Shown: piece by piece, positions 9,496-20,457 of the stretch
Layout of the letters: each line of letters begins with the position of its first letter
How positions within the stretch are numbered: the first letter of the stretch is position 1
Assembly: GCA_030748735.1 (NCBI GenBank)
Contig: JASMLK010000157.1
Coordinates: forward strand, 9,278 to 73,277
DNA length: 64,000 nucleotides
Direction: 5' to 3'
DNA from: Myxococcota bacterium
Lineage (GTDB): Bacteria; Myxococcota_A; UBA9160; UBA4427
Position numbers and translations under genes: made by a program
Notes under the pieces: model-generated
Database searches by the model: none
What the model was told of the DNA's origin: nothing
Seen by the model: only the letters and a program-made list of their open reading frames with translations

Positions 9496-9572
9496 CGATC
9501 CTCCTTCGAACGAATTGCGTCGGCACGCCGTGGTATGTTTCTGCGCTTCGGGTGCGAGAGGGGTGCCTGTGA

Positions 9573-11762
<2,190 letters not shown>

Positions 11763-11849
11763 GCCCGCTGTCCTGGGGCACTCCCTCCTCCCGACATCAG
11801 TCGAAACCGGCCCCGAACTTGCTGTTGGTCGAGTGCCCGCGGTCCCGGC

Positions 11850-12077
11850 GAGACACCCGCAATCCAATACGAACGCCATCGACCCGAGAAGACCCTCCTT
11901 CACGAAATCGTCCGCGAACAACTCGAAACCTTCCTCGCGAACGCCAGGCAACAGGGGGCACCCATTGCGACGTTCGTCGAACGAGAGCTTCGCGCCTATC
12001 TCGAGTGCGGAATCCTGGCTCACGGATTCCTGCGCCCGCACTGCGACGGTAGTGGCGACGACGAAGCGGAGATCTGA
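11850..12077 (+). pseudogene. IS91-family transposase remnant (N-terminal ~75 codons, no start codon, premature stop)
   Basis: The frame directly after ligA reads ...IQYERHRPEKTLLHEIVREQLETFLANARQQGAPIATFVERELRAYLECGILAHGFLRPHCDGSGDDEAEI*. This matches the conserved N-terminus of IS91-type transposases (Y..RRPE.T.LY..V...L.TFL...F V.REF..YL.CG.L.HGF.R..C..CG), with the Zn-binding Cys residues degraded. Confidence 0.6.
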
Positions 12078-12345
12078 AGCTTCCCAGTGTTCTCGCGCGA
12101 AGCGCACGAGGTCACACCAGCCACGCCAACCCGTGCGATCCCAAAGTCCCCCTCGAGTCCCAGACGCCGCCTTGCGCCCTCGGGCCGCATGAGAGACGCT
12201 TTTCTGTGAACCTGCGGCAACGGGCTCGCATGAAAAAGCTTGAAATCGCCCCGCGCCGGGCCCTTTCAGCCCGATCGGAGCGAGTTGACATAGCGTTACT
12301 CATCGGCGGAACGCGCGAAAAGCCAGCTTGCTCTTCCTATGCGCG
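12032..12345 (+). repeat. Direct repeat copy A (~315 bp)
   Basis: Near-identical to 13740-14055, with only a few substitutions between 12032-12310 and 13740-14018 and looser similarity over the last ~35 bp. It begins inside the transposase remnant (gcgcccgcac...) and ends 3 nt before the stop of the PEP-CTERM gene. Confidence 0.9.
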
Positions 12346-12348
12346 GGG

Positions 12349-13311
12349 CTAGACGTGACGCCTCTGGCGGATCGCAAGGCCTAGCATCCCCATCATCAGG
12401 AGAAGGCCCGTACCGGGCTCGGGGATACTCGCGACGCGAAATCCCATGCTGCTGCCCTCGACCGACGGGAAGCGGTCGTCCCGGTACGACGCTGCGAGAC
12501 TGATCGGGTTGCTGAGCCAGCTTTCGCCCCGCAGGCCACGCTCCGAGCCGCTTATGATGGCTTCGTTCCACTCCCACACGTTCCCGCCCTGGTCGAAGGT
12601 GCCGTTCGGACTCGCCGAGCCCGTGTAGCTCGCGACGTCGGTGACATCGCCCACGACCCAGTCGCAGTTCGCGGTGTTGGCCGTCGCGCCGGGCACCGCG
12701 CAGGTGGTCTGCGTGTTCGAACCCGCCGGGTAGTCGAAGTAGCTCGTTGTCACGGCGTCGTAATACGCCGCCTTGTACCACTCGTCTTCACTCGGGAGAA
12801 AGATATTCGCCCCGGGGTTGCGCGTGATCGAGTTGTTCTGGATCCCGAGATACGTGATGGTGTACGCGCCGGTCTCCGTGTCGCCGCTGCCCTGGCCATT
12901 GTTCAGCCAGTTCGAAAAGCGCAGGCTGTCGTAGAACGACACGTAGTTCACCGGCTTGTTCTCGCGCCCCGCAATCGCGCTGTACGTGTAGCTCCCCGGG
13001 CTACCGCTGCGCGTGATGCCGCCGGCGAAGCCCGAGCCCATCCTCGTGCTGTACAGCGCATTCGCGTTGTTGGACACGGCCTTCGCGTTCAGGAACTCGG
13101 CGTACTGCGCGTTCGTGACCTCGGTCCTCGAGATCCGGTAGCTCTGCGCCACGGCACCGAAACAGCCCTGGGACTGCGTGTCGCAGGCGTTGCCCGCGCC
13201 CCCCACCGTGACCCAGTCGATCGTGACCGCCGAGGCCGACTCGGCGAGTAAGAAGAGAAACAATGCGCCTACACCCAGGAGCAAGCGCGACAGTCGAACG
13301 AACTTCAGCAT
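12349..13311 (-). CDS. FGE-sulfatase (SUMF1/EgtB/PvdO) fold protein with a C-terminal PEP-CTERM sorting signal
   Basis: Signal peptide (LLLGVGALFLFLLAESASA), YRISRTEVTNAQYAEFLN, PVNYVSFYDSLRFSNWL and GNVWEWNE motifs. The C-terminus is IPEPGTGLLLMMGMLGLAIRQRRHV (PEP + TM + basic tail). Confidence 0.85.
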   Translation of the reverse strand: MLKFVRLSRLLLGVGALFLFLLAESASAVTIDWVTVGGAGNACDTQSQGCFGAVAQSYRISRTEVTNAQYAEFLNAKAVSNNANALYSTRMGSGFAGGITRSGSPGSYTYSAIAGRENKPVNYVSFYDSLRFSNWLNNGQGSGDTETGAYTITYLGIQNNSITRNPGANIFLPSEDEWYKAAYYDAVTTSYFDYPAGSNTQTTCAVPGATANTANCDWVVGDVTDVASYTGSASPNGTFDQGGNVWEWNEAIISGSERGLRGESWLSNPISLAASYRDDRFPSVEGSSMGFRVASIPEPGTGLLLMMGMLGLAIRQRRHV

Positions 13312-13739
13312 CCAATTCTTCTTCCCAAGACGCGGTCGATCAGCGCCGCCTGCGCCGTTGCGGCCCGCCGCGGCACATGGCGCAGGCCATGTTGCAGTCC
13401 GCGCAGAGTTCGACTGCGAACCTGGTGGGAAACGACAAAGGCCTGAGCGTCTTCGCTATGGCCTGAAGGTCGGTTTCGGCTTGTTGTTACTGGGGAGTTC
13501 ATAGCATCCCTCTGGTCGTTTCCAAGTGGCCGTCCAACCTATCAGTGAGCCCCGACACTGTCCTATGACGGTGATCATGGGCGGACGGCGCATCGATCCT
13601 CCGGATCGAATGCGCGAATGAACGTCATCTGGCGAATGCCTACGGGGCAAGGTGCCGCCTGCCTGCGCGCAAGTGTTTTCCACAGATTTCGACGCAAGCC
13701 TGACTTCGAATCCCCGCAGCCCGACTTCGACTTCGACCA

Positions 13740-14055
13740 GCGCCCGCACAACGACGGTAGTGGCGACGACGAAGCGGAGATTTGAAGCTTCCCAGTGTTC
13801 TCGCGCGAAGCGCACGAGGTCACACCAGCCACGCCAACCCGTGCGATCCCAAAGCCCCCCTCGAGTCCCAGACGCCGCCTTGCGCCCTCGGGCCGCATGA
13901 GAGACGCTTTTCTGTGAACCTGCGGCAACGGGCTCGCATGAAAAAGCTTGAAATCGCCCCGCGCCGGGCCCTTTCAGCCCGATCTGAGCGGGTTGACATA
14001 GCGTTACTCATCGGCGGAATCGTCGAAAACCCAGCTTTTTTGTCCTACTCGCGAT
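13740..14055 (+). repeat. Direct repeat copy B (~315 bp)
   Basis: See copy A. The two copies are offset by 1708 bp. The identical shadow ORFs in the track (MPQVHRKASLMRPEGARRRLGLEG..., MSNAMSTRSDRAERARRGAISSFFMRARCRRF...) come from this repeat. Confidence 0.9.
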
Positions 14056-14069
14056 CCCGAAGGCGCGGC

Positions 14070-14474
14070 ACACAGCGGTTGGCGTGCGACGTGGCTTTCG
14101 ATTGCGGCGATGACGGTGATCGGTGCCGTGATCATCTACACCGCGGAATTCACCGCGAGCTTGATGATCGACGATCCCGAGGTGGTTCGGCTCACGGTGG
14201 TGTTCATCTACATCCTCGGCGCAGTGCAGCCCCTGATGGCGATCGAAGCGGCGCTCGGCGGTGCCCTTCGCGGAGCCGGCGACACGCGCTTCCCGATGTT
14301 GGTCACGGCGACGGGGCTGATCGTGGTGCGCGGCAGTGTGGCGGCCCTGGGTGCGTATCTGGGCGTCTCGGTCGCGAGTGGATCTTTGCGGCCTTGATCG
14401 CCGACTACGTCGTCAAGGGCGTGATGCTGGTGCTGCGCTTTCGCTCCGGCCGCTGGAAGCGGATCAAGATCTAG
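14070..14474 (+). pseudogene. MATE-family efflux transporter, C-terminal fragment only, with an internal frameshift
   Basis: One frame gives ...LSIAAMTVIGAVIIYTAEFTASLMIDDPEVVRLTVVFIYILGAVQPLMAIEAALGGALRGAGDTRFPMLV...LGAYLGVSVA, then stops. The MATE C-terminus continues in another frame (WIFAALIADYVVKGVMLVLRFRSGRWKRIKI*). The frameshift lies near 14370-14385. The first ~300 codons of a normal MATE gene are missing at the repeat boundary. Confidence 0.6.
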
Positions 14475-15297
14475 CGGGCCGAGCTTCTTCGAGGGCCATG
14501 AAGGCTTCGACGAGAGGGCGGGGGCCCGCGATCATCGATGCTTCGCGCACGGCGTCGCGGCGGTTGTAGCGTGCGCGCCGGCCGTCGAAGTCGACGTAGG
14601 CACCTCCGGCTTCGTGAACCAGGAAGTCGCCGGCACAGACATCCCATTCGTGCTTCGGCTTGAGTGATAGGTTGAAGTCGGCGTCGCCACAGGCCACGAG
14701 CGCGAGTTTCCATGCGATCGAGCCGGTGGGGCGGAGGCTTGCGAACTGCGACTCGAGGCCTTCGAGCATGCCGTCCCGGTGTTCGCTGCGGCTCGCGACA
14801 ACGCGTGCCGCGGCGAGCGAAGCACACTGCGACACGCGCGCGGGTTCGCCGTTCCTGGTGACGCCACCACCGAGCGCGCCCGCGACCGTGACGTCGACCG
14901 CCGGGTTGTGGACCACGCCGAGGACCGGCTCCCCTTCGACCACGAGCCCGATCGAAACCGCGAATTCCGGGATCTGCCGGGTGAATTCGCGCGTGCCGTC
15001 GATCGGGTCGACGATCCAGACGCGCGCGCAGTCGAGTCTTCGCAAGTCGTCTTCCGACTCTTCGGTGAGCAAGCCGTCTTCGGGATGGGCGTCCGCGATG
15101 GCTTTGCGGATGCACGCGTCCGCGGCGAGGTCGGCTTCGGTGACCGGGTTGTTCTCCGACTTTTGCCAGGTCTTCGCACCGTCGCGATAGAAGCGCGCGA
15201 TGAGTCGGCCCGCTTCGCGTGCGACGTCGAGCGCGAAGCCGAGTTCGTCGCGGTATGTGGGCGGGGACGTCACGCGGGCCAGTATAGTTGCCGGCAT
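14464..15297 (-). CDS. Inositol monophosphatase family protein (SuhB/CysQ-like)
   Basis: NPVTEADLAADACI, LLTEESED and WIVDPIDGTREF motifs. The start was trimmed to ATG 15297; an alternative GTG is at 15273. Confidence 0.85.
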   Translation of the reverse strand: MPATILARVTSPPTYRDELGFALDVAREAGRLIARFYRDGAKTWQKSENNPVTEADLAADACIRKAIADAHPEDGLLTEESEDDLRRLDCARVWIVDPIDGTREFTRQIPEFAVSIGLVVEGEPVLGVVHNPAVDVTVAGALGGGVTRNGEPARVSQCASLAAARVVASRSEHRDGMLEGLESQFASLRPTGSIAWKLALVACGDADFNLSLKPKHEWDVCAGDFLVHEAGGAYVDFDGRRARYNRRDAVREASMIAGPRPLVEAFMALEEARPARS

Positions 15298-16018
15298 GAA
15301 GACACAGACCTGTGAGTTCGGCTTTCTGGCGGCGCCCGATTCGGGCAGCCACCCCGCTGTCGTGATGATCCATGACGTATGGGGACTCAAGGAGCACACC
15401 CGCGACATCGCGACCCGTCTTGCGGGCGAGGGCTTTCGAGTGCTGGCGCTGGATCTCTACCGCGGGATGTCGAACGTGAAGATCGAAAACCCCGGGCCGT
15501 GGATCCAGGGCTTGTCGGACCCGGACATCGTCGCCGACCTTCACGCTGCGGCGGCCTTCATGCGCGACCGTCCCGACACCGCGGGCCATGCTGTTGGCCT
15601 CACGGGCTTCTGCATGGGCGGCATGTACGCCTTGCTCGCCGCATGCGAAGGCGACGAGAGCGCCTTCGCCGCCGTGGCACCCTTCTACGGGATGCTCTCC
15701 TACGACCATGGCCTGATGCAGGCGGACGGCGGCCTCGACCCCGCAAAGAAGCCGCGTGACCCCATCGCGGCAGCGGGCGATCTCCACTGCCCCGTGCTGG
15801 CCTTCTTCGGTGCAGAGGATCCGTACATCACGCTGGACGACATCGCGGCCCTGGAAGAGAAGTTCGAAGGCGTGAGCCATCCCCACGAATGCGTGACCTA
15901 CGAAGGCGCCGGCCACGCCTTCATGAACGACACCTACCCGGACGCCTACCGCGATGACGCCGCGAAGGACGCCTGGGGGAGGTTGGTCGCCTTCCTGGGG
16001 CAGCACCTTTCGGGCTGA
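15296..16018 (+). CDS. Dienelactone hydrolase family protein
   Basis: HPAVVMIHDVWGLKEHTRDIATRLAGEGFRVLALDLY, nucleophile elbow GFCMGG, C-terminal GAGHAF. The start was trimmed to ATG 15296 (MKTQTCEFG). Confidence 0.85.
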   Translation: MKTQTCEFGFLAAPDSGSHPAVVMIHDVWGLKEHTRDIATRLAGEGFRVLALDLYRGMSNVKIENPGPWIQGLSDPDIVADLHAAAAFMRDRPDTAGHAVGLTGFCMGGMYALLAACEGDESAFAAVAPFYGMLSYDHGLMQADGGLDPAKKPRDPIAAAGDLHCPVLAFFGAEDPYITLDDIAALEEKFEGVSHPHECVTYEGAGHAFMNDTYPDAYRDDAAKDAWGRLVAFLGQHLSG

Positions 16019-16033
16019 TCGCCCGGGCGACCA

Positions 16034-16537
16034 TCACGGTGCGAAGCTCGAACGCCCCTTGATCCCCCAACGTCCGTCCTCGAACGTCATGATGTAGAGC
16101 GAGTCGAACGTCTCGATCACGCTGTCGTCTTCGCGCAGCCGTTCGAATCGCGTGACGACATGGACCTTGGTGTCGTCACCCTGCACGATGTCGCGCCGCG
16201 TCCACTCGCTGCGGTGCCAATCGGGCTCGAGGACCTCGCGCAGCTTCGCGCGCTGTTGGTCCGGCGTTGCGCGCAACAGCGGCATCGCGTCTTCTTCCGT
16301 ATCCCAGACCGCGAGCTTTCCGCCGGCAAAACGGAAGTGCGGGAAGTGATACGTCTCGACATGCCCCTCGATGTCGAGGTCGTTGAGCGCGTCCATATAG
16401 CGGTCGAGGACGCGCATGATCTCGCGGTCACGGGCTTCCGCCGTCGCCGGGCTGCCCGCCCCATTTGTCGCGCAAGCGAGAGCAGCCGAGGCGAATACGC
16501 ATGCGAGTGCAGTGGCTCGTCGTCTGTGCAGGTTCAT
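16034..16537 (-). CDS. Lipoprotein with SnoaL/NTF2-like fold, function unknown
   Basis: MNLHRRRATALACVFASAALAC lipobox, followed by a ~140-aa domain with an NTF2-like pattern (MRVLDRYMDALNDLDIEGHVETYHFP...). The fold assignment is tentative. Confidence 0.6.
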   Translation of the reverse strand: MNLHRRRATALACVFASAALACATNGAGSPATAEARDREIMRVLDRYMDALNDLDIEGHVETYHFPHFRFAGGKLAVWDTEEDAMPLLRATPDQQRAKLREVLEPDWHRSEWTRRDIVQGDDTKVHVVTRFERLREDDSVIETFDSLYIMTFEDGRWGIKGRSSFAP

Positions 16538-16593
16538 GTCGCGAGCTATAGCGCGATTGCGGTGCATCTGGGGAAGTCGATAGTCTCGTAACC

Positions 16594-17313
16594 ATGTCGA
16601 TCGACCAGGACGAAGCGAAAGACCCCGTTGCTTTCACGAAAACCGGCGAAGGCCCCGCCGTCATTCTCAGCCATGGTCTCGGCGACTCCGCCGAAACCTG
16701 GACCGAGCTGCTGCCTCATCTCGAAGGGTGCGAGTGTTGGACGTGGGACATGCTCGGCCATGGCGCGTCGCCGAAGCCGACCGACGACGGTGCCTATTCG
16801 ATGCAACGCGCGATCGACGATCTCGAAGGCATGATCGAAAGGGTGGGGCGCGACGTCGTGCTGATCGGCCACTCCCTCGGTGGCTACCTCTCGCAACATC
16901 GCGCGGTGCGCGACCTCGCGAACCTTCGCGGTCTGGTCTTGATCGCGACCGGGCCGGGCTATCGCGACCCCGAACGCCGCGAAGAATGGAATTCCTACGT
17001 CCACAAGGCGGCGGGCACCTTCGACATCCCTGCGCCCGCGATGAAGCTGGCGCTGCAACACGACGAACTCGTGATGAACAACCTCGAAGCGATCCGCGTG
17101 CCCGTGATGCAGGTGCTGGGTAGTCGCGACAAGCAGTATCACATCGCCTTCGAGCTGATGAAGAAGCGCCTGCCCTGGCTGGCATCGCTGTGGGTCGACG
17201 ACGCGGGGCACCACGTGCATCGCAGTCACGCCGACATCGTCGGCCCGGCGATCCGCCGCTTCATCGAGGGGCTGGGGGCGGACGTCGAAATGCCGCCGCG
17301 GCCGGGACGATGA
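16594..17313 (+). CDS. Alpha/beta hydrolase
   Basis: HGLGDS oxyanion region, GHSLGG nucleophile elbow, C-terminal DDAGHHVH. Confidence 0.85.
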   Translation: MSIDQDEAKDPVAFTKTGEGPAVILSHGLGDSAETWTELLPHLEGCECWTWDMLGHGASPKPTDDGAYSMQRAIDDLEGMIERVGRDVVLIGHSLGGYLSQHRAVRDLANLRGLVLIATGPGYRDPERREEWNSYVHKAAGTFDIPAPAMKLALQHDELVMNNLEAIRVPVMQVLGSRDKQYHIAFELMKKRLPWLASLWVDDAGHHVHRSHADIVGPAIRRFIEGLGADVEMPPRPGR

Positions 17314-17328
17314 CCTCCCAGCCCACGA

Positions 17329-17381
17329 CGCGCCGCCCGCGGCGGCCTTTCAGGCCGATCGGAGCGGGTCGACATAGCGTT
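17329..17381 (+). repeat. Third, partial copy (~50-bp core) of the repeat family
   Basis: cgcgccgcccgcggcggcctttcaggccgatcggagcgggtcgacatagcgtt versus copy A 12245-12297 cgccccgcgccgggccctttcagcccgatcggagcgagttgacatagcgtt. It starts 16 nt after the hydrolase stop. Confidence 0.6.
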
Positions 17382-17824
17382 CCCAGATTCAAGGGGTCGT
17401 CGCACCGTCTGGGAACGCGACGCAGGACGCTGCGCCTACCTATCGCCGGGTGGGAGCCGATACGGAGAAACGAGGCGAATCGCGTTCCACTACCGGGTCC
17501 CGTGAGCCTGCTGTCGCGCTCACAATCACTACGAAAGCGAGCTGGCATTCGGTGCCGAGCAGATGATCCAGTGGCGGCCCGGGCACGGGTATGGGTGAGT
17601 CGCTCTTTCGACTGGATGCGAATCCAGTTGATGAACCTGGCGGGTTTCGGCTCGGATTGGATGGGTTGCGGGACCGGTGCGCCCGCGGGTCGATCGAAGC
17701 CGCGAGGCCGAACTCGCTTCAAAGAGAGTTCGACCCTGCCTCGCCTCAGCCATCGCGCAGGGCGACAGGGCCATCGAATTCCAGCCCCAGCACCTTGAGG
17801 CAACTCACTGGCTGGACATCCGGT

Positions 17825-18031
17825 CTAGAAGAGCGTGTAGATGAAGGGCGCTGCGGCGGTGCCACCGAGCATGACGAGCACGCCGAGGCCGAGGATCGAC
17901 ACGATGATCGGTGCGAGCCACCACTTCTTGTTGTCCTTCAAGAAGTCGACGAATTCACCCACGAGGCCCGTGCGTTCGCCTTCGGATTGGGCTGCGAAAT
18001 CGTTCTTGTCGTTGGTCGGCTGGTCGGACAT
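17825..18031 (-). CDS. DUF5989 (SxtK-like) small membrane protein
   Basis: C-terminal signature DFLKDNKKWWLAPIIVSILGLGVLVMLGGTAAAPFIYTLF. The start ATG 18031 (MSDQPT) is preceded by GGAGAA; longer alternatives are at 18043 and 18085. Confidence 0.7.
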   Translation of the reverse strand: MSDQPTNDKNDFAAQSEGERTGLVGEFVDFLKDNKKWWLAPIIVSILGLGVLVMLGGTAAAPFIYTLF

Positions 18032-18132
18032 TGCTTTCTCCATGACCGCTTTCGCGGTCGGTCGATCATCCAATGCTGGGGCCACAGCGCACTGTCAATG
18101 GCGGGCGCTGCAGAAAGATCCGTGTCGGGTGA

Positions 18133-18579
18133 TCAGAACTGTCGGAAGTAGTGCTCGTTCGGGCGGGGCGCTCGACTGTCGAGCCAATAGGTTTCAGCCT
18201 CGGGGTCGAACTTGCGGCTTAGAGGATCGTGCCCCAGCAGCCGCATCACCAGCCCTGTCGGCGTGATGATCAGGAAGTAGAGGGTCCCCAGGATGAGGTA
18301 CGACAGCACGAAACCGATCGGGTACGAAAGGATCGCGAGCCCGACATAGACGGGCTGATTCGCCTTGGGGTAGACGAGCCCGCAGATCCCCGAGTACGCC
18401 GCGAGGCCGATGAAGACGTTCACCACGATCGGTTTGGCGGCCCCCAGGCCCATCGCGAAGATCAACCACTCGAAGTGGGCGATCGTCGCCACGAAACCGA
18501 AGCCGAATACGGCGATCAAGCCGAAGTTGCGAAGGGTCTTCGCATCCGGCTTCCAGTTCATTTCGATCATTTGCGCCAT
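18133..18579 (-). CDS. SxtJ-family membrane protein
   Basis: 148 aa with about 4 TM segments, ending in EHYFRQF. It sits between a carbamoyltransferase and a DUF5989 gene, the conserved SxtI/J/K-type arrangement. Confidence 0.7.
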   Translation of the reverse strand: MAQMIEMNWKPDAKTLRNFGLIAVFGFGFVATIAHFEWLIFAMGLGAAKPIVVNVFIGLAAYSGICGLVYPKANQPVYVGLAILSYPIGFVLSYLILGTLYFLIITPTGLVMRLLGHDPLSRKFDPEAETYWLDSRAPRPNEHYFRQF

Positions 18580-18627
18580 CAGGGGCCTCTTTCAGACGCT
18601 CGCTAGAGCGACGGACGGGGTCGTGAA

Positions 18628-20457
18628 TCAGTCGAGTGCGAACTCGGTGAGGTAGGCCTCGAGGTCGATCTCGCGTGCGTTGGGCTGGTCGTCCTTGAGC
18701 AGCACGAAGTTCTCGAGCACGAGGACGTCCATGTTCGTGTGCATGAAGCAGCGGTAGGCGTCTTCGGCGTCGCGCACGATCGGCTCGCCTCGGACGTTGA
18801 AGCTCGTATTGATCAGCACCGGCGAGCCCGTCCGCTCCTTGAACTTCTCGATGATCCCGTAGAAGCGCGGGTTGCGGTCCTTGTCGATCGTCTGCACGCG
18901 CGCCGAATTGTCGACGTGGGTGATGGCGGGCACGACGCTGCGCAGCTGCTTTAGCTTGTCGAGGCCCTTCTCCCCGTGATCTTCGGTCTGCAAGAGCTTT
19001 TCGTCTCGCACGGGCGCCACGAGCAGCATGTAGGGGCTCTCTTCGTTCGGGCGCATCGTGAAGTATTCGTCGACGTGCTCCTGCATGACCGCGGGCGCGA
19101 AGGGCCGGAAGGATTCGCGGAACTTGATCTTCACGTTCATCACTTCCTGCATCTTCGGCGAGCGCGCATCGCCGATGATCGAACGCGCACCGAGGGCACG
19201 GGGACCAAACTCCATGCGACCCCCGACATGCCCGACGACGTTTTCGTCGGCGATCAGTTCGGCGATGCGATCACAGAGCTTGTCTTCTTCGGGGAAGTGG
19301 TGATACACCGCACCGACCGAGTGCAAGTACGCCTTGATGTCCTCGTCGGATTCGCGCCCGCCGAGGAAAGAACCGAACTGGCTGTCGGTGTCACCCGTGG
19401 TGCGCTCGTTGCCGAGTAGCTGGTGCCATACGAACATCGCCGCACCGAGCGCGCCCCCGGCATCGCCCGCCGCGGGCTGGATCCACACGTTTTCGAACGG
19501 GCCTTCGCGCAGAATCTTGCCGTTCGCAACGCAGTTGAGTGCAACACCCCCAGCCAGGGTCAGGTTCTTGGAGCCGGTGATCTCGTGGGCCGTGCGCGCG
19601 GTGCGCATTACGATCTCTTCGGTCACCACCTGGATCGATGCCGCGATGTCCATCTCGCGTTGGGTGATATCGCTCTCGGCCTGACGGGCGGGGCCGTCGA
19701 AGAGCTCGGCCATTTTCGGCGACGTCATCACGTCGTCGTGGCAATAGGCGAAGTACGACATGTCCATCTTGAAGGAACCGTCGGCCTTCAAGTCGAGCAG
19801 ATTGTCGAGGATGCGGTCGCGATAGATCGGCTCGCCGTAGGGCGCGAGGCCCATCAGCTTGTACTCACCGCTGTTCACCCGAAAGCCCGTGAAGTAGGTC
19901 ATCGCCGAATAGAGCAAGCCGATGGAATGCGGAAAGCGCATCTCCTTCAGCATCTTGATTTCGTTGCCCTGGCCGTGGGCGATCGAGCCGGTGGCCCACT
20001 CGCCGACGCCGTCCATCGTGAGCACGGCCGCTTCATCGAAGGGCGAAGGGAAGAACGCGCTCGCGGCGTGGGACTGGTGATGCTCGGTAAAGACGAAGCG
20101 GCCCTTGTAGCGGCCTTCGAGCCCGGCATCGAGTTCGCGGGGCGTGTGGAGTTTTTCCTTCAACCACAGCGGGAGGCCCATCATGAACAGCTTGAAGCCG
20201 CGCGGGGCGACCGCGATGTAGGTCTCGAGGATGCGGTCGAACTTGAGCAGGGGCTTGTCGTAGAAGGCGACGAGGTTCAGGTCGTCGCGATCGATCCCCG
20301 CCTCTTCGAGGCAGTAGTCGATGGCGTGCTTGGGAAAGCGGTGGTCGTGCTTCTTGCGCGTGAACCGCTCCTCCTGGGCCGCAGCCACGATGCGCCCGTC
20401 CTGCACGAGGCAGGCCGCGCTGTCGTGGTAGTACGCTGAGATCCCCAGGATGTTCAT
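18628..20457 (-). CDS. Carbamoyltransferase (NodU/CmcH/SxtI family)
   Basis: MNILGISAYYHDSAACLVQDGRIVAAAQEERFTRKKHD N-terminus (ASKHA/Kae1-like), plus a C-terminal YrdC-like carbamoyltransferase domain (LINTSFNVRGEPIV). The start was trimmed to ATG 20457. Confidence 0.9.
   Translation of the reverse strand: MNILGISAYYHDSAACLVQDGRIVAAAQEERFTRKKHDHRFPKHAIDYCLEEAGIDRDDLNLVAFYDKPLLKFDRILETYIAVAPRGFKLFMMGLPLWLKEKLHTPRELDAGLEGRYKGRFVFTEHHQSHAASAFFPSPFDEAAVLTMDGVGEWATGSIAHGQGNEIKMLKEMRFPHSIGLLYSAMTYFTGFRVNSGEYKLMGLAPYGEPIYRDRILDNLLDLKADGSFKMDMSYFAYCHDDVMTSPKMAELFDGPARQAESDITQREMDIAASIQVVTEEIVMRTARTAHEITGSKNLTLAGGVALNCVANGKILREGPFENVWIQPAAGDAGGALGAAMFVWHQLLGNERTTGDTDSQFGSFLGGRESDEDIKAYLHSVGAVYHHFPEEDKLCDRIAELIADENVVGHVGGRMEFGPRALGARSIIGDARSPKMQEVMNVKIKFRESFRPFAPAVMQEHVDEYFTMRPNEESPYMLLVAPVRDEKLLQTEDHGEKGLDKLKQLRSVVPAITHVDNSARVQTIDKDRNPRFYGIIEKFKERTGSPVLINTSFNVRGEPIVRDAEDAYRCFMHTNMDVLVLENFVLLKDDQPNAREIDLEAYLTEFALD

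Noticed and set aside
13330-13450. Minus-strand peptide ...LRPLSFPTRFAVELCADCNMACAMCRGGPQRRRRR* with a CxxxCxxC radical-SAM-like motif just upstream of the FGE-fold gene
   Set aside because: It is only ~38 codons with no start codon, stops 8 residues after the motif, and no continuation appears in any frame. It may be a relic of a radical-SAM gene, but it cannot be supported as a feature.
13705-13713. TTCGAATCC, a tRNA T-loop-like string just left of repeat copy B (possible tRNA-derived attachment site)
   Set aside because: The flanking bases do not form a T-stem or acceptor stem (CTGAC versus CCCCG do not pair), and no cloverleaf can be drawn. This is a chance match.
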